From positions 80,726,001 to 80,790,000 of the forward strand of contig NC_087437.1 in NCBI RefSeq assembly GCF_036321535.1: a stretch of 64,000 nt of DNA, given 5' to 3'. The stretch comes from Camelus dromedarius. Taxonomy: Eukaryota. The position numbers and the translations under genes were made by a program. Of this stretch, positions 51,556-64,000 are shown in pieces. How positions within the stretch are numbered: position 1 is the first letter of the stretch; every line of letters begins with the position of its first letter. The notes under the pieces are model-generated. The model was not told the origin of the DNA, did no database searches, and worked only from the letters and a program-made list of their open reading frames with translations.

Positions 51556-53083
51556 TTTTATTTTTATTTTTTTTAATTGAAGTATAGTCAGTTTACAATG
51601 TGTCAATTTCTGGTATATAGCATATTTCAGTCATACATATACATACATTTATTCATTTTCATAATAGGTTACTGCAAGAAATTGATTATAGTTCCCTGTG
51701 CTGTACAGTCGAAACTTATTTTTAATCTATTTTATATATATATATATATAGTTAGTATCTGCAAATATTGAACTCCCAGTTTATCCCTCCCCACCCTCTT
51801 TTCCCTCTGGTAACCATAAATTTGTTTTCTATGTCTGTGAGTCTATATCTGCTTTGTAAATAAGTTCATTTCTGTCTTTTAAAAATTTTTTTTTTAGATT
51901 CCACATATGAGTGATATATGGTATTTTTCTTTCTCTTTCTGGCTTACTTCACTTAGAATGACAATCTCCAGGTCCATCCCATGTTGCTTCAAATGGCATT
52001 ATTTCATTCTTTTTTTTGGCTGAGTAGTATTCCATTGTATAAATATACCACAACTTCTCTATCAAGTCATCTGTCGATGAACATTTAGATTGTTTCCATG
52101 TCTTGGCTATTGTAAATAGTGCTTCTGTGAACATTGGGGTGCATGTATCTTTTCAAATTAGAGTTTCCGCCAGATAAATGCTCAGGAGTGGGATTGCTGG
52201 GTCATATGGTAAGTCTATTTTTAGTTTTTTGAGGAATCTCCATGCTGTTTTCCATAATGGCTGCACCAAACTACATTCCCACCAACAGTGTAGGAGGATT
52301 CCCTCTTCTCCACACCCTCTCCAGTATTTATCATTTGTGGACTTTTTAATGATGGCCATTCTGACTGGTGTGAGGTGATACCTCATTGTAATTTTAATTT
52401 GCACTTCTCTGATAATTAGCATTTTTTCATGTGCCTATTGGCCATTTGTACGTCTTCATTGGAGAATTGCTTATTTAGGTCTTCTGCCCAATTTTGGATT
52501 GGGTTGTTTGTTTTCGTTATTAAGTTTTATGAGCTGTTTATATATTCTGGAAATTAAGCCCTTGTCAGTCTCATCTTTTGAAAATATTTCCTCCCATTCC
52601 ATAGGTTGTCTTTTTGTTTTGCTTATGGTTTCCTTTGCTGTGCAGAAGTTTATAATTTAATTAGGTCCCATTTGTTTATTTTTGCTTTCATTTTTAATGT
52701 CATTGGTTTACATGTGGCTGTCCAGTTTTCCCAACACCATTTGCTGAAGAGACTGTCCACTCCATTGTATTTTTCTTGCCTCCTTTGTCAAAGATTAATT
52801 GACCATAAGTCTGTGGGATTTTTTGGGGGGACTCTCTATTCTGTTCCGTTGATCCATATGTCTGTTTTTGTGCCAGTATCATGCTGTTTTGGTAGCTTTG
52901 TAGTATAGTCTGAAGTCTGGGAGGATTATTCTTCCAGCCTCGTTCTTTTTCTTCAGTATTGCTTTTCTGAGTCTTTTATGATTCCATATAACTTTTAGGA
53001 TTATTTGTTCTATTTCTGTGAAAAATGTCCTGGGTGATTTGATTGTGATCTCGTTAAATCTGTAGATTGCTTTGGGTAGTATG
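51556..53083 (-). mobile_element. Young 5'-truncated lineage-specific L1 (~1.5 kb)
   Basis: Perfect 19-bp TSD tctttcagccatgttttat at 51537-51555 and 53084-53102. ORFs 52153..52422 ([17 protein letters not shown]), 51949..52134 and 52700..52882 are ORF2 C-terminal pieces. Confidence 0.92.
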
Positions 53084-53315
53084 TCTTTCAGCCATGTTTT
53101 ATAGTTTTCATTTTATAAGTCTTCAGTCTCCTTGGTTAAGTACTAAGTTTTTTTCCTTCTTGAAGCTATTGTAAATGGAATTGTTTTCTCAATTTCCTTT
53201 TTTGTTTACTTACTTTAACAATTTGTGTGTGTTTGTGTGTGTATGCGTGTGTGTAATCTTTTCTACATGTAAGATCATATCATCTGTAAGCACAGATTAT
53301 TTCTTTGCAATTTTC

Positions 53316-53434
53316 TTTGAGGGTAGGATTAGGTCTATTTATATAATTGTTTATTTAATGGAGGTACTAGGAATTAAACCCAGGACCTTGTGCCTGCTGA
53401 GCATGCACTCTGCCACTTGAGCTATACCCTCCGC
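53316..53434 (-). mobile_element. vic-1-type SINE
   Basis: Reverse of gagggtatagctcaagtggcagagtgcatgctcagcaggcacaaggtcctgggtttaattcctagtacctcc. Imperfect TSD ttcttt.ca.ttt. Confidence 0.88.
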
Positions 53435-55664
53435 TCTTTCTTTCCAGTTTAAATGCTTTTACATTTCTTGAATAATTGCTATGGCTAGATCTTTCAGAAC
53501 TGTATTGACTAAGTGGTGAAAGTGGGCATTCTTGTCTTAGTCCTGATCTTAGAAGAAAAACTTTCAGTCTTGCAACATTGAGTTTGATGTTTGCTGTGGA
53601 TTTTTCATATATGGCTTTTGTTATGTTGAGGTAGTTAGTTTCTTCCTATTCCTAGATTGTTGAATTTTATTTTTTAATCGTAAGGGAAAGGTGTTGAATT
53701 TTATGAAGTGCTTTTTCTGCATTAATTGACATGACCAGGTGGTTTTCCTCTTCATTTTGTTAATGTGGTATATTATATTGATAGATATTTGTATGTTGAA
53801 ACATCCTTGCATTCCAGGAATAAATGGCCTGGGTAATAACCATAGGAGCTGTTTGGGGGTATTGTATTGAGGAATTTTGAATCAGTGTTCCTATGGGATA
53901 TTAGTCTGTAGTTTTCTTGTAGTATCATTGCCTTGCTTTGGTATCAGGACAATGCTGACCACATAGAGTTGTTTAGCTTAGAATGTCTTAATTTGTCCTC
54001 ATTTTTAAGGACAGTTTTGTCAGAAATAGGATTTTTACTTGACAGTTTTTTCCCCCAGTACTTTGACTATACCAATCCAGTGCTTTCTGGCCAGCATGGT
54101 TTTTGATGAAACATCTGCTCATAATCTTATTGAGGATCTTTTGTATATGATGAGTCATTTCTTTTTTGGTGCTTTCAAATTCCCTTTTTGCCTTTGTCTT
54201 TTGAGAATTTGATTATAACATTCTTGGTGTAGGTCTCATTCAGTTTATTCTGCTTGTAGTTCTTTGGGCTTCTTGGATGTTTATATTTATGTCTTTCATC
54301 AAATTTGGAATTATTTGGTAAATTATTTATCCCAGTAACATCTTTGCCCCTTTCTCTGTTTCCTCTCCTCTGAGACTCCAACAGTGTGTATATTAGTCCA
54401 TTTATTGGTGTTCCATAGGTCTCTTAGGCTCTGTTCACTTTTCTTAAATTTTTTTCTTCTTATTCCTCAAATTTGATAATTTCTGTGATCATATCTTCAA
54501 GTTCACTATTTTTTTCTGCCTGCTTGTATCTACTTTTGAATCCTTCTAATAAAATTTTTATTTAAATTATATTTTTTAGCTGCAGAATTTCCTTTGGTTC
54601 ATTTGTATATTTTATCTTTTATTGATATTTTCATTTTGTCGTAAATCATTTTCTCGATTTTGTCCAGGATTTCTTTTAGCTCTTTGAGGACCTTTAAGAC
54701 AGCCTTTTTAATGTCTTTTGTCTATAGAGTCTGCCATCTGGATTTTTTCAGGGACAGGTTCTGTTGATTTATTTATTTTTCCTTTACATCAGCCATACTT
54801 TCCTGTTTCTTTGTATGCCTTGTGATTTTCTTTTTTGTTAAAAACTTTATATTTGGGTCATATAATATGGCAAGTCTGGAAATAAGATTCTTGCCCTTTC
54901 CGAGGGTTTGCTGGCTTTTTTCCTTTGTTTGTCTCTTTTCTTCTTTTTTTTAATAGTTGTACTATGTCCCTATTCCAGGGATCAGCCTGACATGTAAACA
55001 AAAGGTCTCCTCAAGTCTTTTCTGAGCCTATGCTTTTCCCTGATCATGTCTGTGGCTTTCTAAATTTCTTTGTATATGTGATTACTTTTTAAAGTTCTAG
55101 GCCTTAAACGTTTGCTTCCCATAAAGAGAAAATGGGAAAAATGAAGGGTGGGGGCAGAAATAAAAGAAAATAGGAACTAGCTCTTTAAATCTGGGAGTTG
55201 TTTTAGCTGGATGGGAGACTTTTACAACAGTGGTGGTGGTTGTTGCAGCAATGAGTGCCTGTCTTTCTGTCTGCCTTATTCATGATCAGAGACAGCAACC
55301 AGTGATCAGAATACAGATTCCCAACTTTTGGAGGACAAGATCCTAATTGCTCATCTTGGTAATTGTAAGCCTGTACAAACTGTTCTAGGAACTCAGGCAT
55401 AGCGATTTGCCTCAGGGCTGGGAGTGGGTAGCTACTACCACCCAAATTGCTGAAGTTGAACCTTTTGACTGGAAGTTGCAAGCCTTTAATAGACTCCAGA
55501 ATCCCAAAATTCTTACATCAGATGGATTCTGCCAGTGCAGTTGTTGTCTAGGTAGGAAGGAACATAGTAGGTGTTTCCTACTCCACCATTTTCCTGAGGT
55601 CACTTGTTATATATTTCATAGTTTGTTGTTCAGGGATCCTTGATTTATTTGTGGTATCTGATTT

Positions 55665-55863
55665 GTTTATTTGTTTGTTTTACATTTTTTTTTACTGAGT
55701 TATAGTCAGTTTACAATGTTTTATCAATTTCCAGTGTAGAGCACAGTTTTTCAGTTATACATGGACATACATATATTCATTGTCACATTCTTTTTCACTG
55801 TGAGCTTCCACAAGATCTTGTGTATGTTTCCCTGTTCTATACAGTATAATCTTGTTTATCTCT
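55665..55863 (-). mobile_element. 199-bp 5'-truncated young L1 3' end
   Basis: Perfect 13-bp TSD tggtatctgattt at 55652-55664 and 55864-55876. Confidence 0.85.
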
Positions 55864-56149
55864 TGGTATCTGATTTTTAATACATTTATGAATGTAAGAA
55901 TTTCTATCTTGTTAAATAGTTTTGAGAATGTAGTAATTACTGTATAATATATTCTATTATAAAAGAATTCTGAAGGTTAATATTGTATATAGTTTTTATT
56001 TTAAAATTTTTACCCACTTAAATAATACCATAATGAGTTGTTTCATTAATAATAGTTATAAAGGGTGAGAATATTGTTGGTAAAGATTTAATTCATTTTA
56101 TGACTATTCTAATTAGTACCAAATTGCTTTCCCAATTGTGTATCAATTT

Positions 56150-56663
56150 ATTTTTTTTAATTAATTAATTAATTTTATTGGTATGTTACTGACAGAACTT
56201 TGCATTAGGTTTAAGTATACACCATAATATCTCATATATGTGTATATTGCAAAATTATTAACACAGTAAGTTTAGTTAGCATTCATTACCACACATAGTT
56301 AAAATTTTTTTTCTTGTGGTGAGAAATTTTAAGATCTACTATCTTAGCAACTTTTAAATATTCAGTACACTATTGTTATCTATAGTCATAATGCTGTACC
56401 TTACATTCCTGACTTACTTCTTTTATGACTAGAAACTTACACCTTTTTACCACTTCACTCATTTCATGCACCTGGCTATGGCAGCTACCAGTCTGATGTC
56501 TGTATCTAGATGTTTGTTTTAAAATTTAGATTCCACATGTAAGTGAGATGATACACTATTTGTGTTTGTCTGTCTTATTTTATTTAATGTATTACCCTCA
56601 AGGTTCATTCATATTGTCACAAATGGCAGGATTTCTTTCCTTTTTTATGAGTAAAGATGTTCC

Positions 56664-56737
<74 letters not shown>

Positions 56738-59700
56738 TGATTTTCTTTATCTGTTCTTCTGTTGATGAATACTTAGGCTTGTTTCCATGTCTTAGCTATT
56801 GCAAATAATGCTGCAGTGAACATTGGGGTGCATGTATCTTTTTGAGATAGTAATTTCATTTCCTAAAGATAAATACCCAGAAGTGGAATTGCTGGATCAT
56901 ATGTTAGTTCTATTTTTAAGTTTTTGAGGAGCTTCCATTCTATTTTCCATAGTGGCTGCACTAATTTACATTCCCATCAGCATTGCACAAGGGTTACCTT
57001 TTCTCCACAATCTTACCAACACTTATTTCTTGTCTTTTGTAATATCCATTCTGAAGGTATGAGGTTATACCTAATTGTGATTTTTGATATACTTTTCCCT
57101 GATGATTAGTGGGTGTAGGGCTCCTTTTCATGTACCTGTTGGTCATTTGTAGTCTTCTTTGGAAAAAACTTTGATTCAGTTTCTTTGCCCATTTTTAAAT
57201 CAGTTTGTTTTATTTTTTTCTGTTGAGTTGTATGAGTTCTTTATATATTTTGTATGTTAACTCCCTTATCAGATATATGATTTACAAATATTTCCTTCTG
57301 TTCTGTAGGTTGCCTTTTCATTTTGTTGATGGTTCCTTTGCTGTGCAGTTTTTTGGTTTGATATAGTCCCATTTGTTTAATTTCTTTTGTTGCCTTTGTT
57401 TTAGTGTTTAATCCAAAAAATCATTACCAAGACCAATGTTAAGGAGCTTACTCTCATGTTTTCTTCTAGGATTTTTATGTTTTCAGGTCATACATTCAAG
57501 TCTTTAGTCCATTTTGTGTTGATTTTTGTATATGGTGTAAGATATTGGTCCAGTTTCATTCTTTTGCATGTGGCTGTTCAGTTTTCCCAAAGTCAGATAT
57601 TGAAGAGACTGTTCTTTTCCTATTGTGTATTCTTGGCTCCTTTGTCATAAATGAATTGACCATATATGAATGGATTTATTTTTGGCTCTCTTTTCTGTTT
57701 CATTGATATATGTGTCTGTTTTTATGCTGATACTATACTGTTTTGATTACTGTAGGTTTGTAATATAATTTGAAATCATGAAGTGTGATGCTTTTGGCTT
57801 TATTTTTCTTTCTCAAGATTTCTTTGGCTATTTGGGGTCTTTAGTAGTTCCACACAAGTTTTAAGATTTTTGTTCTGTTTCTGTGAAAAAGGCCATTGGA
57901 ATATTGATAGGGATTGCATTGAATCTGTTGGTTGCTTTGGGTAGAATGAACATTTTAGCGATGTTAATTTTTCCAATCTGAGTACAGAATATCTTTCCAT
58001 TTATTTATGTCTTCTTCAATTTCTTTCTTCAGTGTCTTATAGTTTTAAGTGTACAGATCTTTCTCCTTCTAGGTTATATTTACTCAGGTATTTTGTTCTT
58101 TTTGCTGCAGTTGTAAATGGGGTTGTTTTCTTAATTTCTCTTTCAGATAGTTCTTTGTTAGTGTATAGAAACACAACTGATTTTAGTATATTGATTTTTA
58201 ATCCTGCAACTTTAGTGAATTTATTTATTAGTTCTTAAAGGTTTTATTGGATTTTTTTAGGGTTTTCTTTCTGTAAGATCGTATCATCTGAAAATAATGA
58301 CAGTTTTAATTCTTTTTCTTTTTTTTCTCAATTTGGATGCCTTTTATTTCTTTTTCTTGTCTAATTTGTCTAGCCAGGATTTGATTTGCAGTACTGTGTT
58401 GAATAAGGAGTGATGGCAGTGGGCATCCTTGTCTTGTTCCTTATCTTAGAGTAGAAGCTTTTAATCTTTCACAGTGAAATGTGGTGTTAGCTGTGGGTTT
58501 GTTATATTGGCCTTTATTATGTTGAGGTGTGTTGTTTCTATACACAGGTTTTTGAGGGTTTTATCATTAAAGGATAGTGATTTTTTTTCAGATGCTTTTT
58601 CTGTGCATCTATTAGTGATCAGATTGATTTTTATCTTTCATTTTATTGATGTGGTTTATTACACTGGATGTTGTACCATTCTTGCCTCTTTGGAATAAGT
58701 CCCACTTGATCATGGTGTATGATCCTTTTAATGCATTGTGGAATTTGGTTTCCTAAAACTTTGGTGGGAATTTTTGCATCTTTATGTATTAAGGATATTT
58801 GGTCTATAGTTTACTTTTCCTGTTGTGTCCTTATCCAGCTTTGGTACTAGAGTAATGATTTCCTTGTAAAATGAGTTTAGGAATGTTCCCTCCTCTTAAA
58901 TTTTTTGGAAAACTTTTAAGAAGGGTTAGGATTAATTCTTTAATTGTTTGGTAGAATTACCACTGAAACCATTTGGTCCTGGGTTTTTCTGTATTATGAG
59001 ATTTTTGATTACTTACCCAATCTCCTTTTTTGTTATTGGTCTGTTCAGATTTTTTTTTCCATGATTCAGTTTGGTAGGTTGAATGTTTCTAGTTATTTGT
59101 CCATTTCTTCTAGGTTATACAATTTGTTGATATGTAATTGTTTGTAGTGGTCTCTTATGATATATTGTATTTCTGTGCTATCAGTTGTAATGATTTAATT
59201 TACTTGAGTCTTCTCTCTTTTTCTTCTCTTTTTTCCCATTAGTCTAGCTAACAGTTTCTTTTTCCCCAGAAAACCATCTCTTAGGTTATGCATAGTGTTG
59301 GCATATAATTATTCATAGTAGTCTCTTGATGATTTATTTTTATTTATTTGAATTTTTTTTTGCCTAGTTCTTCTAGCTAAAGGTTTGTCAATTTTTTTTT
59401 TTATGTTTTCAAAAAACTAGCTATTAGTTTTGTTGATCTTTTCTGTTGTTTTTTCCTTGGCTCTGTTTTATTTATTTCTGCTCTGACCTTTCTTCTAACT
59501 TTGGGCTTAATTTGTTCTTTTTCTAGTTCCAAGGGGTATCAAGTGAGAGGTTTTTTTTTTTTTTTTGAGTTCTTTCTTGTTCCTTAATATAGGTGTTTAT
59601 TGCTATTAATTTCCCTCTTAGAACATTTTATAGATTTTGGTATGTTGTGCTTACATTTTCATTTATTTCAAGATACTTCTTGATCTTTTTGATTTCTTCT

Positions 59701-60075
59701 TTGGCCCATTGGTTGTTCAGGAACATACTGTTTAATCTCCATGTATTTGTGAATTTTCCAGCTTTTTTCCTGTTATTGATTTCTAGTTTTATACAATTGT
59801 GGTTAAGAAAGATATTTCATAGATTTCAGTCATAAATTTTCTAAAACTTGCTTTGTGGCCTGTCATATGATTTATCCTGGAGAATGTTCTGTGTGCACTT
59901 GAGAAGAATGTGTATTTTGGTGCTATTGGATGCCATGTTTTATAAATGCATGTCAGGTCTATTTGGTCAAATTTATGGTCTAATCCAATGTTTCTTCTTG
60001 ATTTTTTTGCATGGATGATCTAACAATCAGTGATAGTGGAGTGAGGTATTGAAGTCCCATACTATTATTGTATTA
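56150..60075 (-). mobile_element. LINE-1 (L1MA9-like) 3'UTR + most of ORF2
   Basis: Continuous reverse-strand L1 text from attttattggtatg...acatagttaa through ORF2 to the endonuclease region (ttgaagtcccatactattattgtatt). Confidence 0.85.
56667..56734. repeat. Compound microsatellite (GT)17(GA)17
   Basis: Counted directly; lies within the L1 3' region. Confidence 0.95.
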
Positions 60076-60629
60076 TGTTTTCATTAATAGTGATATTATA
60101 CTCATAATCCAAAACTTGTTTTTCACACAATGTTATTAAAGTTTATATATTTAACCAATAGCTTATATGTTAAATTATTTTCTCTATAAGTAAAATTTGT
60201 TAGCACACTGCAAACTTTATTTTGTACGTAACTTTTGATATGAGAATCATGCTTGAAACATATTAGCAATTACCTTTGATTTATTTTTTGATTACACGTA
60301 AGTGTTATTATCATGTACTTGTGTTCATGGAATTTGTACTTTTTAGACCTCTTTGATGTATTTAATTCTTGTATTATTCTTTGCTCATTTTGCATGTGTC
60401 CAATTCTGTGATGTGGGTATCTTCTTTTTTTCTTCCAAAGAAACATGGAGAATTTAAAGGTAGAACTTATTTCTCAAATCTTAGTTTAATATTGTTCTAC
60501 TGTTCAGATTATATACTATGCTATATGATTTTTTTGTAACCTGTTATTTTTATCTCAAATATATGCCAGCTGGCTTCTAAATTAATTTGTATTTAGAAGA
60601 ATTGAGTATAATAGTATTTTGTTTTTCAG

Positions 60630-60748
60630 GAGTTCACAACCAAGTAAGACAGTAGACAACAATTATGCAAAGCAGGCTGCATACACCAAAGAAAAGCAAA
60701 CAGATGATGATGGCATTTCTCTTGTAATGTCTGATACTCAGCCTAAAG
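60630..60748 (+). CDS. SENP7: SENP7 coding exon (exon 7 equivalent), 119 nt, phase 2 to 1
   Basis: Acceptor attttgtttttcag|G, donor AAAG|gtttgt. Encodes [39 protein letters not shown], similar to human GSQRSKTVDDNSAKQTAHNKEKRRKDDGISLLISDTQPE (recalled). Confidence 0.93.
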
Positions 60749-62136
60749 GTTTGTGAACCTTAGAAAACTGTTGTCAGTTGAATTTTTGTCTACTGCATTT
60801 TTAATAATTTTAAAGGTATAAATAACTTTAGTCTTACATTTAAAGGATACATGAAAGTAAAGGGAGATTACTTAGCAACACAAAGAAAATTACTACATTT
60901 ACTCTATGTATACTGTAGTATACGTGTCTTGATTTATTTACTAAATCCAAAAGTTAAATTGAAATATTTCTTTTAGGGGGGGCATATAGCTATAAATTTA
61001 TGTTAAGTTTAGCTGTTTCTAGGTGTTTCCATGAACATATGTAGGAATTGATATTGCTGCCATCTCAGTTATTATTAGTAGTTTCCCACTGGCTATCCTC
61101 CTACCATGAAATAACATTCCTTATTCAATAGAATTTCTCTCAACTCTAGGAGGATGCCAATATAAGCCACTATTAGCAAATTTAAAGGTAAATACACTTC
61201 AGACTTATGAAAATTCATTGTAGGCCTCCTTGCCTGTAGGGTTAATGAATTGACTTCTTTTGTCCATTTTGTCTCTTTTTAAAAAGATTTTGAAATAATT
61301 TATAAAAATTCGCACCAAAACAAATTACTACATTAGTCAGATGTGAAACATCTTCAAGGTCTCTTGGATTATTGATAGCTTCAAATTAGTTGAGATATTT
61401 TGTTTTCTGAATGATTTTACAGATTATTCACAAGAAGACACAGTCTTTCCTTTAATGATATTATGCAAAAAAATCTTTTTACTTCATTTGGAACACAGCT
61501 ATTTACAAATTTTAAGTAGCTTTTTTCATAGAAGAGGAAGACTTAAAAGGAAACTAGACTAACATCTTTGATGTATACAAGAAAGGAGCTGCAGCTCTTA
61601 TAGAGGGCGATCTCTAGAGGAAATATGCTGACTCTGCAGACATAATCTTTCAGTTAGTCACAGAGTACCACCTGCACATGATGAAAGGCTTTTATTTTCT
61701 GACAGATTATCTTTTTCCGAGAAATAATTATTTTTAATTACATTATAAAAATCTAAGTATTGTGGGCTCAGTTCAGATACTATCAAGACACTGTTTAGCC
61801 TTCATTGCTTTCCTGGGTAGAGTAGGCATAGTAAAATAAAAAGCTTTCTAATTTGTGCCCTTCAGTATTCCTCCAAAGTTAGAGCGAAATTTTAGACTTA
61901 ACAGCAGGTAGAAAAATGCATGATAAAAGAAATACCTTATAGTTTCTTAGTATCCCTGAAGTTTCTCCTCTTACGTGCAGTGTTTTTAAGAAAATTAGCT
62001 ATTGAAACTTTGTTGAAACTCACCATATTTTCATCCTGTAGATAATTGTGTCTAATACCAGTTATTTAATGTAAGTCCATAAATTAATAGGACTTCTGAA
62101 TTAAACTCCAGGTATACCATTAAAATTTTTTTTGTT

Positions 62137-62660
62137 CCAGTTTTGTTGAGATATAGTTGACATACAGCACTGTATACATTTAAGGGGTATAGCATAATGA
62201 CTTACATACATTATGAAATTCAGTGAACATCTATTTTCTCATACAGATACAAAATTAAAGAAGTAGAAAAAACTTTCATTGTGATGAAAACTTGTAAGAT
62301 TTATTCTCCTAACTACTTTCATGCAAAACATCCAGCACTGTTAATTATATTTATCATGTTGTACATTACATCCCTAGAACTTACTTATCTTATAACTGGA
62401 AGTTTGTTCCTGTTGACTGTCTTCATTCAGTTCCCCTCTCCCCACCTCTGATAACCACAACTGATCTCTTTTTCCATGAGTTTGTTTGTTTCTGAATTAT
62501 AATTGACCAACAACACTATGTTAATTCCTATGATACAACATAGTGATTCAGTATTTCTGTACATTTCAGAATGATCACTATGGTCTAGTTATGATCTGTC
62601 ACCATACAAAGATACTACATAGTTATTGACTATATTCCCCACACTAGATATACTTTCATA
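62137..62660 (-). mobile_element. 5'-truncated L1 3'UTR (same family as 26855-27417)
   Basis: ttgttgagatatagttgacatacagcactgtata...aattaaagaagtagaaaaaa...ttattgactatattccccacact. Confidence 0.8.
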
Positions 62661-62989
62661 GTACGTTAAATTTGCCTTGTGGAATTTGCTTTTATGAGTA
62701 TAATACATTGGAAATATTTAACATTCTTTTACAGGAATTTGTCACCTCTTTAATTTTATATGCTAGTAATATTTGCAAGTTAAATGGTATTTGTTACCAA
62801 GCAGAATCCTGTTTTTACAATGTTTAGCTTCATGTAATACATTTATTCCTGTATCCTATGAGATAGTCTTGGCTGATATGCAAATAGTAAACTGAAGGAA
62901 AACTCCTGTATAATAGAATTTTTTCAAGCCCCATTTCTTTCATCATACTTTTGCTATAGTATTTATGTTTAGAAATTATAATTTGATAC

Positions 62990-63056
62990 ACTATATGTAT
63001 ATATATAAATATATATGTTTATATATATATATATAAATATGTATATGTTTATATGT
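62990..63056. repeat. Imperfect (TA)n low-complexity tract
   Basis: tatatgtatatatataaatatatatgtttatatatatatatataaatatgtatatg. Confidence 0.85.
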
Positions 63057-64000
63057 AGAAATTGTGTTTGACTATCTTTACAGTTTACAAAATTATGAAT
63101 AAAATTTATTGTACTTTTCAGAATGCTGTGTTGATAGTTTGGGGGAAGTTTATTTTCCTGGGGGAGCGAGAAAGAGGTGTTTTCTTTGGAAATTGGAATA
63201 CTGTTGACAGTCTTGGAGTTTTTGCTCTCAGCCCTGTCCCCCATACCTGCCTTTCAAGCAATGACAAAGAGATATTATGAATGTTAATTATTAGATGTTT
63301 ATAAAGCTAGAGTAAGAACAAGAATAGTTTGAAGAGAAAATATGTAGTGTTGTAAAACTTCAAGTGAATGGGGAAGTCAGGCCAGTTCAGTGTTGCATGA
63401 ATTTTAAGTTATGAATTCAAAGAAGCTGCTTTGTGTCTTGCGTTGTGTGAACCCTGAGCTGGTACTTGTATGATATAGAGTCAGAAAGCAAAATAATTCA
63501 GGGTAACCTTCAGTTAGTTAGGTAGAACCTTTTGGAAGATATTTTTGTACAGTACCTGTATTTGATAACTGAAATACTAAGCATGTTTGATAATAATTGA
63601 CATGGTTTCCTCAGCTGCTGAGGAAGGGTTTTGGCTCCTTTTGAAAGAGCAGTGATCAATACTCTCAGACAATTGTCCCATTTCATTTAAAAATATGTAT
63701 ATATAAAATTTACGTTTAGAGATATAACTAATTGCTGAATTAGTTGTAATCTCTAAATTAGTTCAATTTCTAAAGTCACAATGAATTTAAAAGACATTTT
63801 AAGACTAATTTTTGAAATTTTATGAAGACTTTTTTTTATTATAGACATTTGCAGTTATAGAAGAAGGAAAAAACATAGTTTGGTTGCTTTTGTTACTAAA
63901 GAATACGACCTTTTAATGTATTTTCCTCATGTCATTTTTATTGTATGGTGAACATTTACTTTGTGTATGCAGTTTAAAATAGGATATGTCCTTATATTCA

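Larger units (their letters stand above)
50313..55605 (-). mobile_element. Old LINE-1 (L1MB-like) from ORF2 to the 5' region, internally deleted; hosts a young L1 and a SINE
   Basis: ORF 53621..53812 (MQGCFNIQISINIIYHINKMK, RT region) and ORF1-like text at 53980-54700. 5' segment homologous to 22700-23070. Confidence 0.85.
1..64000 (+). other. SENP7: SENP7 gene body (partial: intron 3 through intron 7); window has no start or stop codon of the gene
   Basis: Four exons splice in frame to [15 protein letters not shown]...[21 protein letters not shown]...[21 protein letters not shown]...[15 protein letters not shown]...SDTQPK, which I recognise as the N-terminal region of mammalian SENP7. Confidence 0.97.

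Noticed and set aside
61590..61612. CTCF-like core tagagggcg
   Set aside because: The 5' half (cttat) departs from the CCAC/CCAG consensus; not supportable without conservation or ChIP data.
62137..62660. Similar 5' break point to the L1 3'UTR at 26855-27417, suggesting a new short element family
   Set aside because: Break points differ by roughly 10 nt, and the 27-kb copy continues into other L1 sequence. Two copies are not enough evidence.
1..64000. Prokaryotic-type systems (CRISPR arrays, operons), intact L1 or ERV coding regions, nested genes among the short ORFs
   Set aside because: No regularly spaced repeat-spacer array was seen. All L1 ORFs are fragmented, no gag/pol/env was seen, and the remaining short ORFs are repeat-derived or low-complexity.

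Overview
AT-rich, CpG-depleted mammalian genomic DNA. It is very likely a camelid, because it carries six copies of a tRNA-Ala-derived SINE matching the camelid vic-1 family. The whole window lies inside the SENP7 (SUMO-specific peptidase 7) gene on the + strand. It contains four coding exons equivalent to human exons 4-7 (10369-10466, 39237-39434, 46168-46362, 60630-60748), all with AG/GT borders and joining in one reading frame. Exons 5 and 6 are tandem-duplicated, frame-preserving cassettes, each carrying one HP1-binding PxVxL-type motif. The introns are packed with LINE-1 of several ages (almost all antisense to the gene), plus L2/MIR, HAL1, MaLR/ERV solo LTRs, a Tigger1 derivative and microsatellites. 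The most interesting observation is an inverted pair of lineage-specific SINEs closely bracketing exon 6, the HP1-box cassette. This pair could loop the exon out or circularise it, and the downstream copy also offers a candidate poison exon. Repeat subfamily names and comparisons to human SENP7 come from recalled consensus sequences, not database searches. Boundaries without a stated TSD are approximate.
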